Assembly: GCA_964553125.1 (NCBI GenBank)
Contig: CAZKJW010000001.1
Span: forward strand, 31,316-89,385
Reading direction: 5' to 3'
DNA from: an uncultured Oscillospiraceae bacterium
GTDB taxonomy: Bacteria; Bacillota; Clostridia; Christensenellales; Aristaeellaceae
DNA: 58,070 nt
The notes below the pieces were generated by a model. It was not told the origin of the DNA, made no database searches, and worked only from the letters and a program-made list of their open reading frames with translations. The position numbers were made by a program, and so were the translations under genes. Of this stretch, positions 1 through 6,894 are shown piece by piece (position 1 is the stretch's first letter; each line of letters begins with the position of its first letter).

Positions 1-2
1 CG

Positions 3-272
3 TTTGTCATCAAGCCATTCAAATTATGGGAAAACTTTGAACTGGACTTAAAAGTGATTGCGCCTTATGTTGAGGAAGGCGAGATTGAGCGACTTCGCTC
101 GGAATGGGTTTTGATGAAGTACCGAAGCGACTATGACGCAATTTACGAGGATATTCGTGAAGTCCAAGAGCGTCAGGGAATATATTGCGTTGAATATAGT
201 CTTGCAGGGATCCTTGAGAAAGGGCCTGATGGAGTTGCGCCAACGCCGATACGTGGCGGCGACGGTTTATGA
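3..272 (+). CDS. 3' end of a gene outside the prophage (host flank), truncated by the window start; product unknown
   Basis: Frame 3 is open from base 3 to TGA 270-272 (FVIKPFKLWENF...IRGGDGL*). It lies left of the att repeat and has no recognisable motif. Confidence 0.4.
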   Translation, partial: FVIKPFKLWENFELDLKVIAPYVEEGEIERLRSEWVLMKYRSDYDAIYEDIREVQERQGIYCVEYSLAGILEKGPDGVAPTPIRGGDGL

Positions 273-403
273 ACGGCAGCTGTGTTGCCATATTTATCCG
301 GCGACGGTAGATTCGGCGGAATTTGCTGCATTCCAGAAACGTCCGCATTGCAGGGCGTGATAACAGCCCCGCGAAGCCGTATCCTGCGGAGCAGATACAG
401 AAA

Positions 404-435
404 TAAAAAGAAAGGACTCCAATGCAGAGTCCTTT
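404..435 (-). terminator. Rho-independent terminator-like hairpin (distal of two, downstream of the tRNA fragment)
   Basis: AAAGGACTC-caatgca-GAGTCCTTT (411-435), preceded on + by an A-run (a T-run on the - strand). Confidence 0.45.
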
Positions 436-446
436 CAAAATTGTCT

Positions 447-477
447 GAAAACAAAAACCAGTCATTTCTGACTGGTT
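447..477 (-). terminator. Native terminator of the tRNA gene (host side)
   Basis: AACCAGTCA-tttc-TGACTGGTT (456-477), with an A-run at 447-455 on + (a T-run on -). It sits 2 nt from the tRNA 3' end. Confidence 0.65.
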
Positions 478-479
478 CA

Positions 480-524
480 TGGAGCTGATAGCCAGATTCG
501 AACTGGCGACCTCATCCTTACCAA
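480..524 (-). repeat. attL core: 45-nt 3' fragment of tRNA-Thr(GGU), anticodon loop to CCA
   Basis: The reverse complement reads TTGGTAA-GGATG-AGGTC-GCCAG-TTCGAAT-CTGGC-TATCAGC-T-CCA. That is anticodon loop (GGT), 3' anticodon stem, variable loop, T-arm, acceptor 3' strand and CCA. Bases right of 524 supply no matching 5' anticodon stem, D-arm or acceptor strand. Confidence 0.75.
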
Positions 525-654
525 TTATCCGTTATGGCAAATCATTTTAATACTATTGTATGAAAGAGCGCGATCTTTTCTCAAGGGTATGCTTTGAATA
601 AAGCTCCGTATCAAGCGAAGTTTTATTCAGAGTATAGAAGGCGACTGCGTTCTC

Positions 655-681
655 CGCGAAAGAAACAGGCACTATTATGAA
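655..681 (+). promoter_or_regulatory. Phage-specific promoter-like motif, copy 1/9 (CGCGAAA-N3-WCA-N7-TTATGAA)
   Basis: CGCGAAAGAAACAGGCACTATTATGAA, 32 nt upstream of the ATG at 713. Confidence 0.5.
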
Positions 682-712
682 AACCTGATGATATTTCAAA
701 GGAGATGGAACA

Positions 713-787
713 ATGGTAGGAATTGTAGGTTGTGTGTTTATTGCTGTTGGAGCCATGCTGGTGGCGAAATGGATTAAGGACGTCTGA
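713..787 (+). CDS. 24-aa hydrophobic peptide
   Basis: AAAGGAGA SD 7 nt before the ATG. Product MVGIVGCVFIAVGAMLVAKWIKDV. A terminator follows immediately. Too short for the ORF track. Confidence 0.4.
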   Translation: MVGIVGCVFIAVGAMLVAKWIKDV

Positions 788-792
788 CGGAC

Positions 793-822
793 AGAGCCCG
801 ATTGCAAGGGCTCTTTCTTTTT
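793..822 (+). terminator. Rho-independent terminator
   Basis: AGAGCCC-gattgcaa-GGGCTCT plus TTCTTTTT. A 24-nt stretch is identical to the terminator at 5715-5745. Confidence 0.75.
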
Positions 823-867
823 GCCGCTATGCGCGCTATTCTAAGATAGAAGGGCTATTCTAAATTA

Positions 868-960
868 AGGGAGTTCGAAGAAACGACTAAGGGCGAGGAC
901 ACTCCAAAGGAGTACCGTAGCCTTGTATCCAGCGCCGCTTGCAAATCGGTGATGGGCGCA
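868..960 (+). ncRNA. Conserved structured element, copy 1/3 (candidate cis-regulatory RNA, class unknown)
   Basis: AGGGAG-N11-GACTAAGGGCGAGGAC, hairpin ACTCC-AAA-GGAGT, CCGTAGCCTTGTATCCA, hairpin CCG-CTTGCAAAT-CGG, TGATGGGCGCA. See findings for the compensatory changes relative to copies 2 and 3. Confidence 0.45.
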
Positions 961-1087
961 AAAAGAATCGGGGTGGCAGATGTGGCCTTCTTGTGTTTCG
1001 AAGGAGGGCATCGAGGGCGCGTGAGCCGCCTTCTTTATGGTCGAATTCTATATTAGCAAATGCTCACTAAGAAATGGAGGTACTCAT

Positions 1088-1507
1088 GTGGGTGCAGCGA
1101 TTCGTCCTGAAATCTCTGTGAAAAACCGTTATTGGCTTCCTAAGCATCGTTATTACGAGCTGTATCATTTCTGCTTGCAATACCCGGAATGGAATAAGAA
1201 CTATCTTTCGCTTGATGGATATTCTGCAAAATCCGGAAGCGTGGTTGAGCAACAGTGTTCATATGAAACGGTAGACCCAACCGTAGTTTATGCAGAAGCA
1301 CGGCTATATTATCGTGAACGGATAGAGATGATCGAGAATGCGGCAAAGGAGGCCGCGGCAGATCTATATTTACCGATGCTTCGGGCAGTAACCGAAGGGA
1401 TTTCTTACGAGCATCTGAACGCTCAGAGCAGAATACCGTGTTGCAAAGACGTATGGTATACGATCTACAGGCGATTCTTTTGGCTTCTTGACAAGGCGCG
1501 TAAATAA
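1088..1507 (+). CDS. Putative phage transcription regulator (sigma-70 region-4-like / RinA-ArpU-like HTH); tentative
   Basis: GTG at 1088 lies 6 nt after a GGAGGT SD (the track starts at 1037). RYYELYHFCLQYPEWNK near the N-terminus. C-terminal HTH-like TEGISYEHLNAQSRIPCCKDVWYTIYRRFFWLLDKAR. The family call rests on memory of similar phage proteins. Confidence 0.35.
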   Translation: MGAAIRPEISVKNRYWLPKHRYYELYHFCLQYPEWNKNYLSLDGYSAKSGSVVEQQCSYETVDPTVVYAEARLYYRERIEMIENAAKEAAADLYLPMLRAVTEGISYEHLNAQSRIPCCKDVWYTIYRRFFWLLDKARK

Positions 1508-1523
1508 CATCGCTCCTTATGAA
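1497..1523 (+). promoter_or_regulatory. Phage-specific promoter-like motif, copy 2/9
   Basis: CGCGTAAATAACATCGCTCCTTATGAA. It overlaps the stop of the upstream gene, and AAAGGAG follows directly. Confidence 0.45.
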
Positions 1524-1536
1524 AGGAGCTGGTAAA

Positions 1537-1713
1537 ATGGGACAAACAATTTGGACGGGTTTTCTGCTAACGATCGGCTGGTTTTTATCCAGAGTTTGTA
1601 TTAGCTTTGTTGTAGGGTTTATGAATGCTCTGCTGTACAGCGTATGGCCCTGGTATCGAAAAATCATCGACGCATATGAGAGCAGAAGGTGTAATTGGAA
1701 GCGGAAATACTAA
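1537..1713 (+). CDS. 58-aa two-TM membrane protein
   Basis: ATG 9 nt after AAAGGAG. Product MGQTIWTGFLLTIGWFLSRVCISFVVGFMNALLYSVWPW... Confidence 0.55.
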   Translation: MGQTIWTGFLLTIGWFLSRVCISFVVGFMNALLYSVWPWYRKIIDAYESRRCNWKRKY

Positions 1714-1725
1714 GTAACTTCGGAT

Positions 1726-1762
1726 AGGGGTCATGTGACGTAAGCATGGCCTCTTTCTTTTT
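1726..1762 (+). terminator. Rho-independent terminator
   Basis: AGGGGTCATG-tgacgtaag-CATGGCCTCT plus TTCTTTTT. Confidence 0.7.
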
Positions 1763-1815
1763 CAGCACGCAGGTGACAGCGAACTGTGGTAAAATCATAG
1801 TATCGGAGGGTGAAA

Positions 1816-2061
1816 ATGATATTGTATATCGTATTGGCGATTGCTTTAGGTACAGTTGCAGGAATTGTAGGATACGAAATAACAGCCAGAATCAGGCGGC
1901 GAAACTGTATCGGAGCGCTTCGAATGGATCGATCGGATCCGGACGAGGCGCCTTATTTATTTCTGGAACTGGACCCGGACGGGATGCAGAAGATTCACAG
2001 GTATAAAACCGTGACACTGCGGGTAAGGATCGAGAACTATCTTCCAAACTCATCAAAATGA
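1816..2061 (+). CDS. 81-aa protein with an N-terminal TM helix
   Basis: GGAGG 6 nt before the ATG at 1816 (the track uses GTG 1810). Product MILYIVLAIALGTVAGIVGY... Confidence 0.6.
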   Translation: MILYIVLAIALGTVAGIVGYEITARIRRRNCIGALRMDRSDPDEAPYLFLELDPDGMQKIHRYKTVTLRVRIENYLPNSSK

Positions 2062-2064
2062 AGG

Positions 2065-2091
2065 CGCGAAACTAACATCGGCTATTATGGA
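2065..2091 (+). promoter_or_regulatory. Phage-specific promoter-like motif, copy 3/9
   Basis: CGCGAAACTAACATCGGCTATTATGGA. Confidence 0.45.
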
Positions 2092-2123
2092 GAAAACCAT
2101 AAAAACTGAAAGGAGAACAGAGG

Positions 2124-2501
2124 ATGGATGAGATGAGAGAAATGCTGGATCGGGCATATGCGGACACGCTTCAGGCGGTTGCCGATGCCAGAAACGGTAG
2201 CGAAGAAGCAAAGTGGCAGTTGCAAAAACTGAGCGAACTCCACAAGCAGCGGATGAGCGTGAAGCAGTCTGAAGACGAAACCTATGCGCGTTATGAAGAA
2301 CTGCGCATGAAGGAAGAACAACTTAAGGACGGCAAAAAGGATCGCATCATCAAGATTGTGCTGGACGGAGCAGGCATTATTGTACCTGTCGCGGTGTCGA
2401 GCTACTGGATGGCGAAGGGACTGACTTTTGAAGAAAAGGGGACGTTTACATCCCGAACCGGTCAATGGCTGTCGAGTCATCTGCGACTGTTCAGAAAGTG
2501 A
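2124..2501 (+). CDS. Coiled-coil protein with a C-terminal TM segment
   Basis: AAAGGAGAA SD. Charged heptad-like N-terminus, then IVLDGAGIIVPVAVSSYWMA. Confidence 0.6.
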   Translation: MDEMREMLDRAYADTLQAVADARNGSEEAKWQLQKLSELHKQRMSVKQSEDETYARYEELRMKEEQLKDGKKDRIIKIVLDGAGIIVPVAVSSYWMAKGLTFEEKGTFTSRTGQWLSSHLRLFRK

Positions 2502-2517
2502 ATGGAAGCTCAAAGCG

Positions 2518-2553
2518 AGAGTTCGTGTGAAATACACGGGCTCTTTCTTTTTA
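2518..2553 (+). terminator. Rho-independent terminator
   Basis: AGAGTTCGTGT-gaaat-ACACGGGCTCT plus TTCTTTTTAT. Confidence 0.75.
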
Positions 2554-2554
2554 T

Positions 2555-2581
2555 CGCGGAAAACACATGGGCTATTATGAA
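2555..2581 (+). promoter_or_regulatory. Phage-specific promoter-like motif, copy 4/9
   Basis: CGCGGAAAACACATGGGCTATTATGAA, 2 nt after the terminator T-run. Confidence 0.5.
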
Positions 2582-2609
2582 AAACCAAACACGAAAGGAC
2601 GGGTTTAAC

Positions 2610-2879
2610 ATGACGAGACGAGTGTATCTGTATGCGTTTGATTCTTTGTTTAAGATCGTGGATTGCAAGTTTCTTCAGGACGATGCAATTACAGTGACGA
2701 ACATGGTGCGGCTTGCTGACTGGATGGCGGAGAGGATTCCTGCCAACCTGAAGGTATATGCCGTTGATAACAGACCGAAACTGTACGCGGATTTTCGGGA
2801 AGCGACTAAGACCCACGATTTTACGAAGCAATTGGAGTTTGCGGACATGGTAAGTCATGAAGGCATTCGGTTGAAATGA
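2610..2879 (+). CDS. Hypothetical protein (89 aa)
   Basis: The ATG at 2610 follows AAAGGA. The track's N-terminal extension from 2502 runs through a terminator and a promoter motif. Confidence 0.6.
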   Translation: MTRRVYLYAFDSLFKIVDCKFLQDDAITVTNMVRLADWMAERIPANLKVYAVDNRPKLYADFREATKTHDFTKQLEFADMVSHEGIRLK

Positions 2880-2888
2880 TTTGGATGA

Positions 2889-2922
2889 GAAGGACGAGGT
2901 TTGCAAAGCCTCTTCCTTTTTG
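2889..2922 (+). terminator. Rho-independent terminator
   Basis: GAAGGACGAGG-tttgcaaag-CCTCTTCCTT plus TTT (one mismatch). Confidence 0.6.
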
Positions 2923-2936
2923 CGAGGGAGGACGGT

Positions 2937-3296
2937 ATGCGATACCATTTTACAAAACCTGAATTCTATGCGAGCCAATATGGGAGAATTTATATTTGCG
3001 AGCATCCGGTCTACAGCCGCTGCACGCTCTATGAAATCGGAGATAGCGGGCTTGCAGTGATTCAACAAAGATTCGATGCGAACGCTAAAACGACATGGTG
3101 GACGGAGATTGATCCGTGGCTGACGGATGCAATCTATCTACATGCAGAGTTTCGGAGCTTCTTTGACGAGCGAGCGAAGCCGGGTAAGGACGGGGTTTAT
3201 CCCACGGTTACCGTTCGCCAGATTATGTGGGCGCTCAAGATGAAGCCGATTCCCAAAGAACGCTGGGAGACAGTGTTCGATCGGAAAGATATTTGA
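2937..3296 (+). CDS. Hypothetical protein (119 aa)
   Basis: GGGAGGA SD before the ATG at 2937. Product MRYHFTKPEFYASQYGRIY... Confidence 0.65.
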   Translation: MRYHFTKPEFYASQYGRIYICEHPVYSRCTLYEIGDSGLAVIQQRFDANAKTTWWTEIDPWLTDAIYLHAEFRSFFDERAKPGKDGVYPTVTVRQIMWALKMKPIPKERWETVFDRKDI

Positions 3297-3298
3297 AG

Positions 3299-3325
3299 CG
3301 CGAAAAATTCAACGGTCTTTATGAA
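3299..3325 (+). promoter_or_regulatory. Phage-specific promoter-like motif, copy 5/9
   Basis: CGCGAAAAATTCAACGGTCTTTATGAA, followed directly by AGGAG. Confidence 0.5.
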
Positions 3326-3338
3326 AGGAGTGGAGACA

Positions 3339-3605
3339 ATGTTTGATTGGTTCTACAGGCATTTCAGCAAAGAGCATCGTGAGTGTGTGACATATGAAGT
3401 GAATCTTTTGAAACGATGGATATTTGAGTGGAGGACTCAGCCGGGTTTAAGGCAGTACTACGCCCCGCGTGTCTATTCTACGCTTGGTATCATACGTGAA
3501 CTCGATCCACATGTCGCAAAGCAGATCGAGGAGCGTAATGCTGAATTGCTGAAGAAAATCCGAGCAGATATTCCTGCGCGTTACTTTCAAGACGAAGAGC
3601 ATTGA
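3339..3605 (+). CDS. Hypothetical protein (88 aa)
   Basis: ATG 8 nt after AGGAG. Product MFDWFYRHFSKEHRE... Confidence 0.6.
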   Translation: MFDWFYRHFSKEHRECVTYEVNLLKRWIFEWRTQPGLRQYYAPRVYSTLGIIRELDPHVAKQIEERNAELLKKIRADIPARYFQDEEH

Positions 3606-3634
3606 GTCCACACAAGGGCTCTTGCTTTTTTCTT

Positions 3635-3661
3635 CGCGAAATTTACAATCCGTATTATGAA
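3635..3661 (+). promoter_or_regulatory. Phage-specific promoter-like motif, copy 6/9
   Basis: CGCGAAATTTACAATCCGTATTATGAA. Confidence 0.5.
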
Positions 3662-3695
3662 ACGACGGAATCTAAATTTGAGGAGGAATAGATAA

Positions 3696-3827
3696 ATGGC
3701 GATGTTGAGCACGATTTTCTATGCGTTTCTGAGCATGTGTGCAATGGTTGGATGCATCAGAGCGGCGAAGTTGGTGATCAAATCGATCAACAGTCTTTTC
3801 GACAAGATTGAGGATAAACTGGGGTAA
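3696..3827 (+). CDS. 43-aa hydrophobic peptide
   Basis: GAGGAGGAA SD. Product MAMLSTIFYAFLSMCAMVGCIRAAKLVIKSINSLFDKIEDKLG. A terminator follows. Confidence 0.45.
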   Translation: MAMLSTIFYAFLSMCAMVGCIRAAKLVIKSINSLFDKIEDKLG

Positions 3828-3830
3828 TTC

Positions 3831-3870
3831 AAAGAGCGGAGGCGAGCAAGGCCTCTTGCTCTTTGTTTTG
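3831..3870 (+). terminator. Rho-independent terminator
   Basis: AAAGAGC..GAGGC-gagcaag-GCCTC..GCTCTTT plus GTTTTG. Confidence 0.65.
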
Positions 3871-3876
3871 CTGTTG

Positions 3877-3960
3877 GGGGAGGCTAAAGGCCGACTAAGG
3901 ACGAGGACATTTATCCGCAGCCCTATACCCGAAGCCGGTTGAAGACCGGATACGGGCGAA
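3877..3960 (+). ncRNA. Conserved structured element, copy 2/3
   Basis: GGGGAG-N10-GACTAAGGACGAGGA-CATTTA-TCCGCAGCCCTATACCCG-AAG-CCGG-TTGAAGA-CCGG-ATA-CGGGCGAA. It ends 20 nt before the ATG at 3981. Confidence 0.45.
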
Positions 3961-3980
3961 AATGAAAGGAGAATGGAAAG

Positions 3981-4403
3981 ATGAAAAGTTTTCTGGAAAC
4001 CGTGATCGGGGGCGCAATCGGCATGATCGCGCTCTATGTGGTGGGCAAGGTTGCCTATCAGGCCGGCAAGGAAGTAGCAAAGGCGGAATGCGAATATGAG
4101 GCGCTTCGCAAGGATGTCAATAAGGATGGTTCTGGCACAACCGTCGCTCATGGGGTAAACCAGGACGGCGAGGAAGTGAGCGTCGTTTGGGAACGGACGG
4201 ACGCTGATTCCAAGCAAACCCCCGGTTCGTGTTCCAAGCGTTCTGGCAAGCTGTCCATGGCGCTAAATGCGATGAAGCTCTTCAGGCGCAAGGATTCTGT
4301 GATTGGGGATTTGGTGAAACACCCCGAGGCCCACAAGATCGAGGCATTTGTGGAAGGGAATGATTTGCACATCAACGTATCGAAACGACCAGCATTCGCG
4401 TAA
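3981..4403 (+). CDS. Membrane-anchored protein (N-terminal TM, 140 aa)
   Basis: AAAGGAGAA SD. Product MKSFLETVIGGAIGMIALYVVGKVAY... Confidence 0.65.
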   Translation: MKSFLETVIGGAIGMIALYVVGKVAYQAGKEVAKAECEYEALRKDVNKDGSGTTVAHGVNQDGEEVSVVWERTDADSKQTPGSCSKRSGKLSMALNAMKLFRRKDSVIGDLVKHPEAHKIEAFVEGNDLHINVSKRPAFA

Positions 4404-4450
4404 ATTGCAAGTTCTTCTATGGAAAAGTACCTATTTAGGAGGACGAAAAC

Positions 4451-4642
4451 ATGAAAAGGCGAGCTTTGACTTGGAACGAGAAAATGGCATGCAGAAGGTT
4501 GGCACGACTGAAGTGGAACGCACAAGGCGAGTTTTATAGCTGTCCGCATAATGACGCTATATTACTGGCGGTGTGGATTCTGACTCTCGGGCGTAATCCT
4601 GCGGAATTTAGCAGATGGGTTCTGGGACTTGACGAAACGTAA
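4451..4642 (+). CDS. Hypothetical protein (63 aa)
   Basis: TAGGAGGA SD 7 nt upstream. Confidence 0.55.
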   Translation: MKRRALTWNEKMACRRLARLKWNAQGEFYSCPHNDAILLAVWILTLGRNPAEFSRWVLGLDET

Positions 4643-4664
4643 GGCGTCGGAAAAGGTGATTCCA

Positions 4665-4706
4665 AAGCGAGGAGACTTTAGCAAGGTCTCTTCGCTTTTA
4701 TATTTT
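4665..4706 (+). terminator. Rho-independent terminator
   Basis: AAGCGAGGAGAC-tttagcaag-GTCTCTTCGCTT plus TTATATTTT. Confidence 0.7.
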
Positions 4707-4724
4707 CGAAAGGAGAGATGATGA

Positions 4725-5507
4725 ATGACGAACTGGCTGAAACGAAATGCTTCCACCATTCTGACGTGTTTGGGTGCGCTGGGCTTGGTGGGTACGGTGG
4801 TGCTGGCGGTGAGGGACACGCCCAAGGCCATGCGGGCGCTGACGGACGCCAAGGTGGAGAAGGGCTCCACAGAACTGACCAAGCTGGAGGCGGCGAAAGC
4901 GGCTGTACCTGCCTATCTGCCAACGATTGCTGCCGGAACAGGGACGCTGATCTGTTTGTTCGGTGCGAACGTACTCAGCCGCAAGCAGCAGGCATCACTC
5001 ATCAGCGCGTATGTGACACTGGATCAGGCGTTTGCGGATTATCGGGCGAAGGTAATCTCGTTCGGTGGAAAGGAACTGGACAAGGCGGCTCAGGATGCGG
5101 TAGAAGCCGAGCAGAAGGATAAGGACGAGGAACGTCCGCCGTGGGACGAAAAGCAGACCTTCTACCTGCAAGGGTATCCGAAGTTCTTTGAGGCGACCAT
5201 GGAACAGGTGCGATGTGCAGAATATGTACTGAATCGCAACTTTGTGCTTCGGGGAACCGTAACCTTCAATGAATTCCTGCGCTTTCTGGGCTTGGATGAC
5301 ATAGGCGAAAAAGGCGAAAAGATCGGCTGGGAGAGCTATATCGGCGAGGCATTCTACGGCTACTCATGGATCGATTTCGACCATATTTACCGCGTTACGG
5401 ACGATGGTTTGGCGATTTGCGAAATCTCCATGCCCTTCCTGCCCCACGGCTTTGACGAGGAGGAATGGAACGCTGAGGATAGTGTTCAAACCTGTGGTGC
5501 GGAGTGA
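4725..5507 (+). CDS. Membrane protein, paralog A of a 3-member family (unknown function)
   Basis: N-terminal TM (ILTCLGALGLVGTVVLAVRDTPKA), a second TM, then AYV..DYRAKV and NEFLRFLGL..GW blocks shared with 6082 and 8231. Confidence 0.7.
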   Translation: MTNWLKRNASTILTCLGALGLVGTVVLAVRDTPKAMRALTDAKVEKGSTELTKLEAAKAAVPAYLPTIAAGTGTLICLFGANVLSRKQQASLISAYVTLDQAFADYRAKVISFGGKELDKAAQDAVEAEQKDKDEERPPWDEKQTFYLQGYPKFFEATMEQVRCAEYVLNRNFVLRGTVTFNEFLRFLGLDDIGEKGEKIGWESYIGEAFYGYSWIDFDHIYRVTDDGLAICEISMPFLPHGFDEEEWNAEDSVQTCGAE

Positions 5508-5509
5508 GC

Positions 5510-5536
5510 CGCGAAAAAATCAGCCGGTATTATGAA
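5510..5536 (+). promoter_or_regulatory. Phage-specific promoter-like motif, copy 7/9
   Basis: CGCGAAAAAATCAGCCGGTATTATGAA, followed by AGGAGG. Confidence 0.5.
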
Positions 5537-5550
5537 AGGAGGCGAATGCG

Positions 5551-5706
5551 ATGAAAAAGATGGACGGTGTAAAAGCATTGGGTCTGATTGCGACCGTTGG
5601 AGGCCTTGCTCTGAGTTTGCTGAGCGGCTTCGTCGAGGACAAAAAGACCGATGCGAAGATCGAAGAAAAGGTTCGAAAAGCATTGGCTGAAGCGAAGAAA
5701 AACTAA
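5551..5706 (+). CDS. 51-aa single-TM protein
   Basis: AAAGGAGG 9 nt before the ATG. Product MKKMDGVKALGLIATVGGLALSLLSGFVEDKK... Below the ORF-track size cutoff. Confidence 0.5.
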   Translation: MKKMDGVKALGLIATVGGLALSLLSGFVEDKKTDAKIEEKVRKALAEAKKN

Positions 5707-5714
5707 AAAGGTTG

Positions 5715-5745
5715 AGAGCCCGATTGCAAGGGCTCTTTTCTTTTT
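5715..5745 (+). terminator. Rho-independent terminator (near-duplicate of 793-822)
   Basis: AGAGCCC-gattgcaa-GGGCTCT plus TTTCTTTTT. Confidence 0.75.
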
Positions 5746-5765
5746 GAAAGGGTGATGGCGGTTAT

Positions 5766-6095
5766 ATGACGCGAGAAGAAGCCGTATCGTGTCTGCGGGA
5801 ATATCGAAGAAAAAGCATGTGCAGGTCGTCTAAACAGCTATTTGGGTGGAGGCCGAATTATGATTTCAACAAAACCGTATACGAACGATACCTGATCCTT
5901 GAATTGATCGAACGAATCAATCAATCGTCTATGCCGCCGGTTGAAGTGATTCGTCAGTTTTATTATGAAATGGACGACATGTTGTGCGAGAGCGAATGCT
6001 CAAAGACGTGGGCATTTGCGTCTACAATGGAAAACTGTGCCGGAGATATATTGAGATATCTCCGTGGAAGGGAGAAAGAGAATGAACAAAATTGA
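5766..6095 (+). CDS. Hypothetical protein (109 aa)
   Basis: ORF-track frame. Overlaps the next gene start by 14 nt. Confidence 0.6.
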   Translation: MTREEAVSCLREYRRKSMCRSSKQLFGWRPNYDFNKTVYERYLILELIERINQSSMPPVEVIRQFYYEMDDMLCESECSKTWAFASTMENCAGDILRYLRGREKENEQN

Positions 6096-6852
6096 CTGGA
6101 AAGCAACGTGCGGCCGGGTTTCGCTGATGCTGAAAAAACATAGCCCGGAAATTTTGACCGGCATTGGTATCAGCGGCATGATTACCACAACCGTTCTGGC
6201 GGTACGCGCCACGCCTGAAGCCCTGCGCCGCATTGAAGAAAAGAAGGCAGAGCGGCATCGGAAGCTGACGGCAAAGGAGACGATTCAGGCAGCAGGGCGC
6301 TGCTATATTCCCTCTGCCATTACGGGAACGCTCTCGGCAGGCTGTCTGATTGGCGCAAGCGCCGTGAACGGACGCAGAAACGCGGCGCTGGCAACCGCAT
6401 ATAGTCTTGCAGAAACGGGCCTCCGGGATTATAGAGCCAAGGTAGTCGAAACGATTGGCGAACGCAAGGAAACAGCTATTCTGGAAGCGATGGACCGGGA
6501 GCGAGTGGAGAAGAATCCACCAGCAGCAAGCGATGTTGCTTATGTGGAAGGCAGTGGGCAGACGCTGTGCTATGACGCCATGTTTGGGCGATATTTCTAC
6601 TCGGACATCGAGAAGCTGAACCGCGCTGTGAATAAGCTCAATCGTCAGATGAGTACGATGAGCGAGCCTTATATTTCCTTGAATGAATTTTACATGGAGA
6701 TCAATCTGCCAACGGTGGAGATTGGCGATTCGCTGGGATGGAATGTGAATAAGGGAATGATCGAACTGCGATTCTCATCCCAGCTGGCTGGCGGCCGTAC
6801 ACCGTGCCTTGTGATGAGTTATGCCATTGCGCCGGAGTACGATTACTTTTGA
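6082..6852 (+). CDS. Membrane protein, paralog B
   Basis: GGGAGAAAGAG SD before the ATG at 6082. LKKHSPEILTGIGISGMITTTVLAVRATPEA, AYS..DYRAKVVE and LNEFYMEINL..GW. Confidence 0.7.
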   Translation: MNKIDWKATCGRVSLMLKKHSPEILTGIGISGMITTTVLAVRATPEALRRIEEKKAERHRKLTAKETIQAAGRCYIPSAITGTLSAGCLIGASAVNGRRNAALATAYSLAETGLRDYRAKVVETIGERKETAILEAMDRERVEKNPPAASDVAYVEGSGQTLCYDAMFGRYFYSDIEKLNRAVNKLNRQMSTMSEPYISLNEFYMEINLPTVEIGDSLGWNVNKGMIELRFSSQLAGGRTPCLVMSYAIAPEYDYF

Positions 6853-6894
6853 AGCGTAGGCTGGCTGGTGCTGTAACTCGGAAAATCGCACGAC

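Noticed and set aside
480-556. A possible complete tRNA gene on the - strand.
   Set aside because: Only the 3' 45 nt fit a cloverleaf. Bases 525-556 cannot form the 5' anticodon stem (GATAA versus the required CATCC), the D-arm or the GCTGATA acceptor strand.
868-960. Resemblance of the structured element to the guanidine-III riboswitch (GGACGAGG...GUACCCGG) or the twister ribozyme (CCGG-loop-CCGGAU...).
   Set aside because: Only short strings coincide. The pseudoknot partner (CAGGACAAGACGG) of guanidine-III and the conserved AAGCNCC / GGAGGG elements of twister are absent or not conserved across the three copies.
3895-4080. 61-62-aa - strand ORFs over structured-element copies 2 and 3 (also 9503-9691).
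   Set aside because: The two ORFs read the shared nucleotides in different frames (SSTGFGYRAA versus VFNRLRVQGCG), so the conservation is at the nucleotide or structure level.
4718-5122. A 134-aa alternative-frame ORF at the start of paralog A.
   Set aside because: The product is Gly/Arg-rich and low-complexity. The 4725 frame gives TM helices and the motifs shared with the two paralogs.
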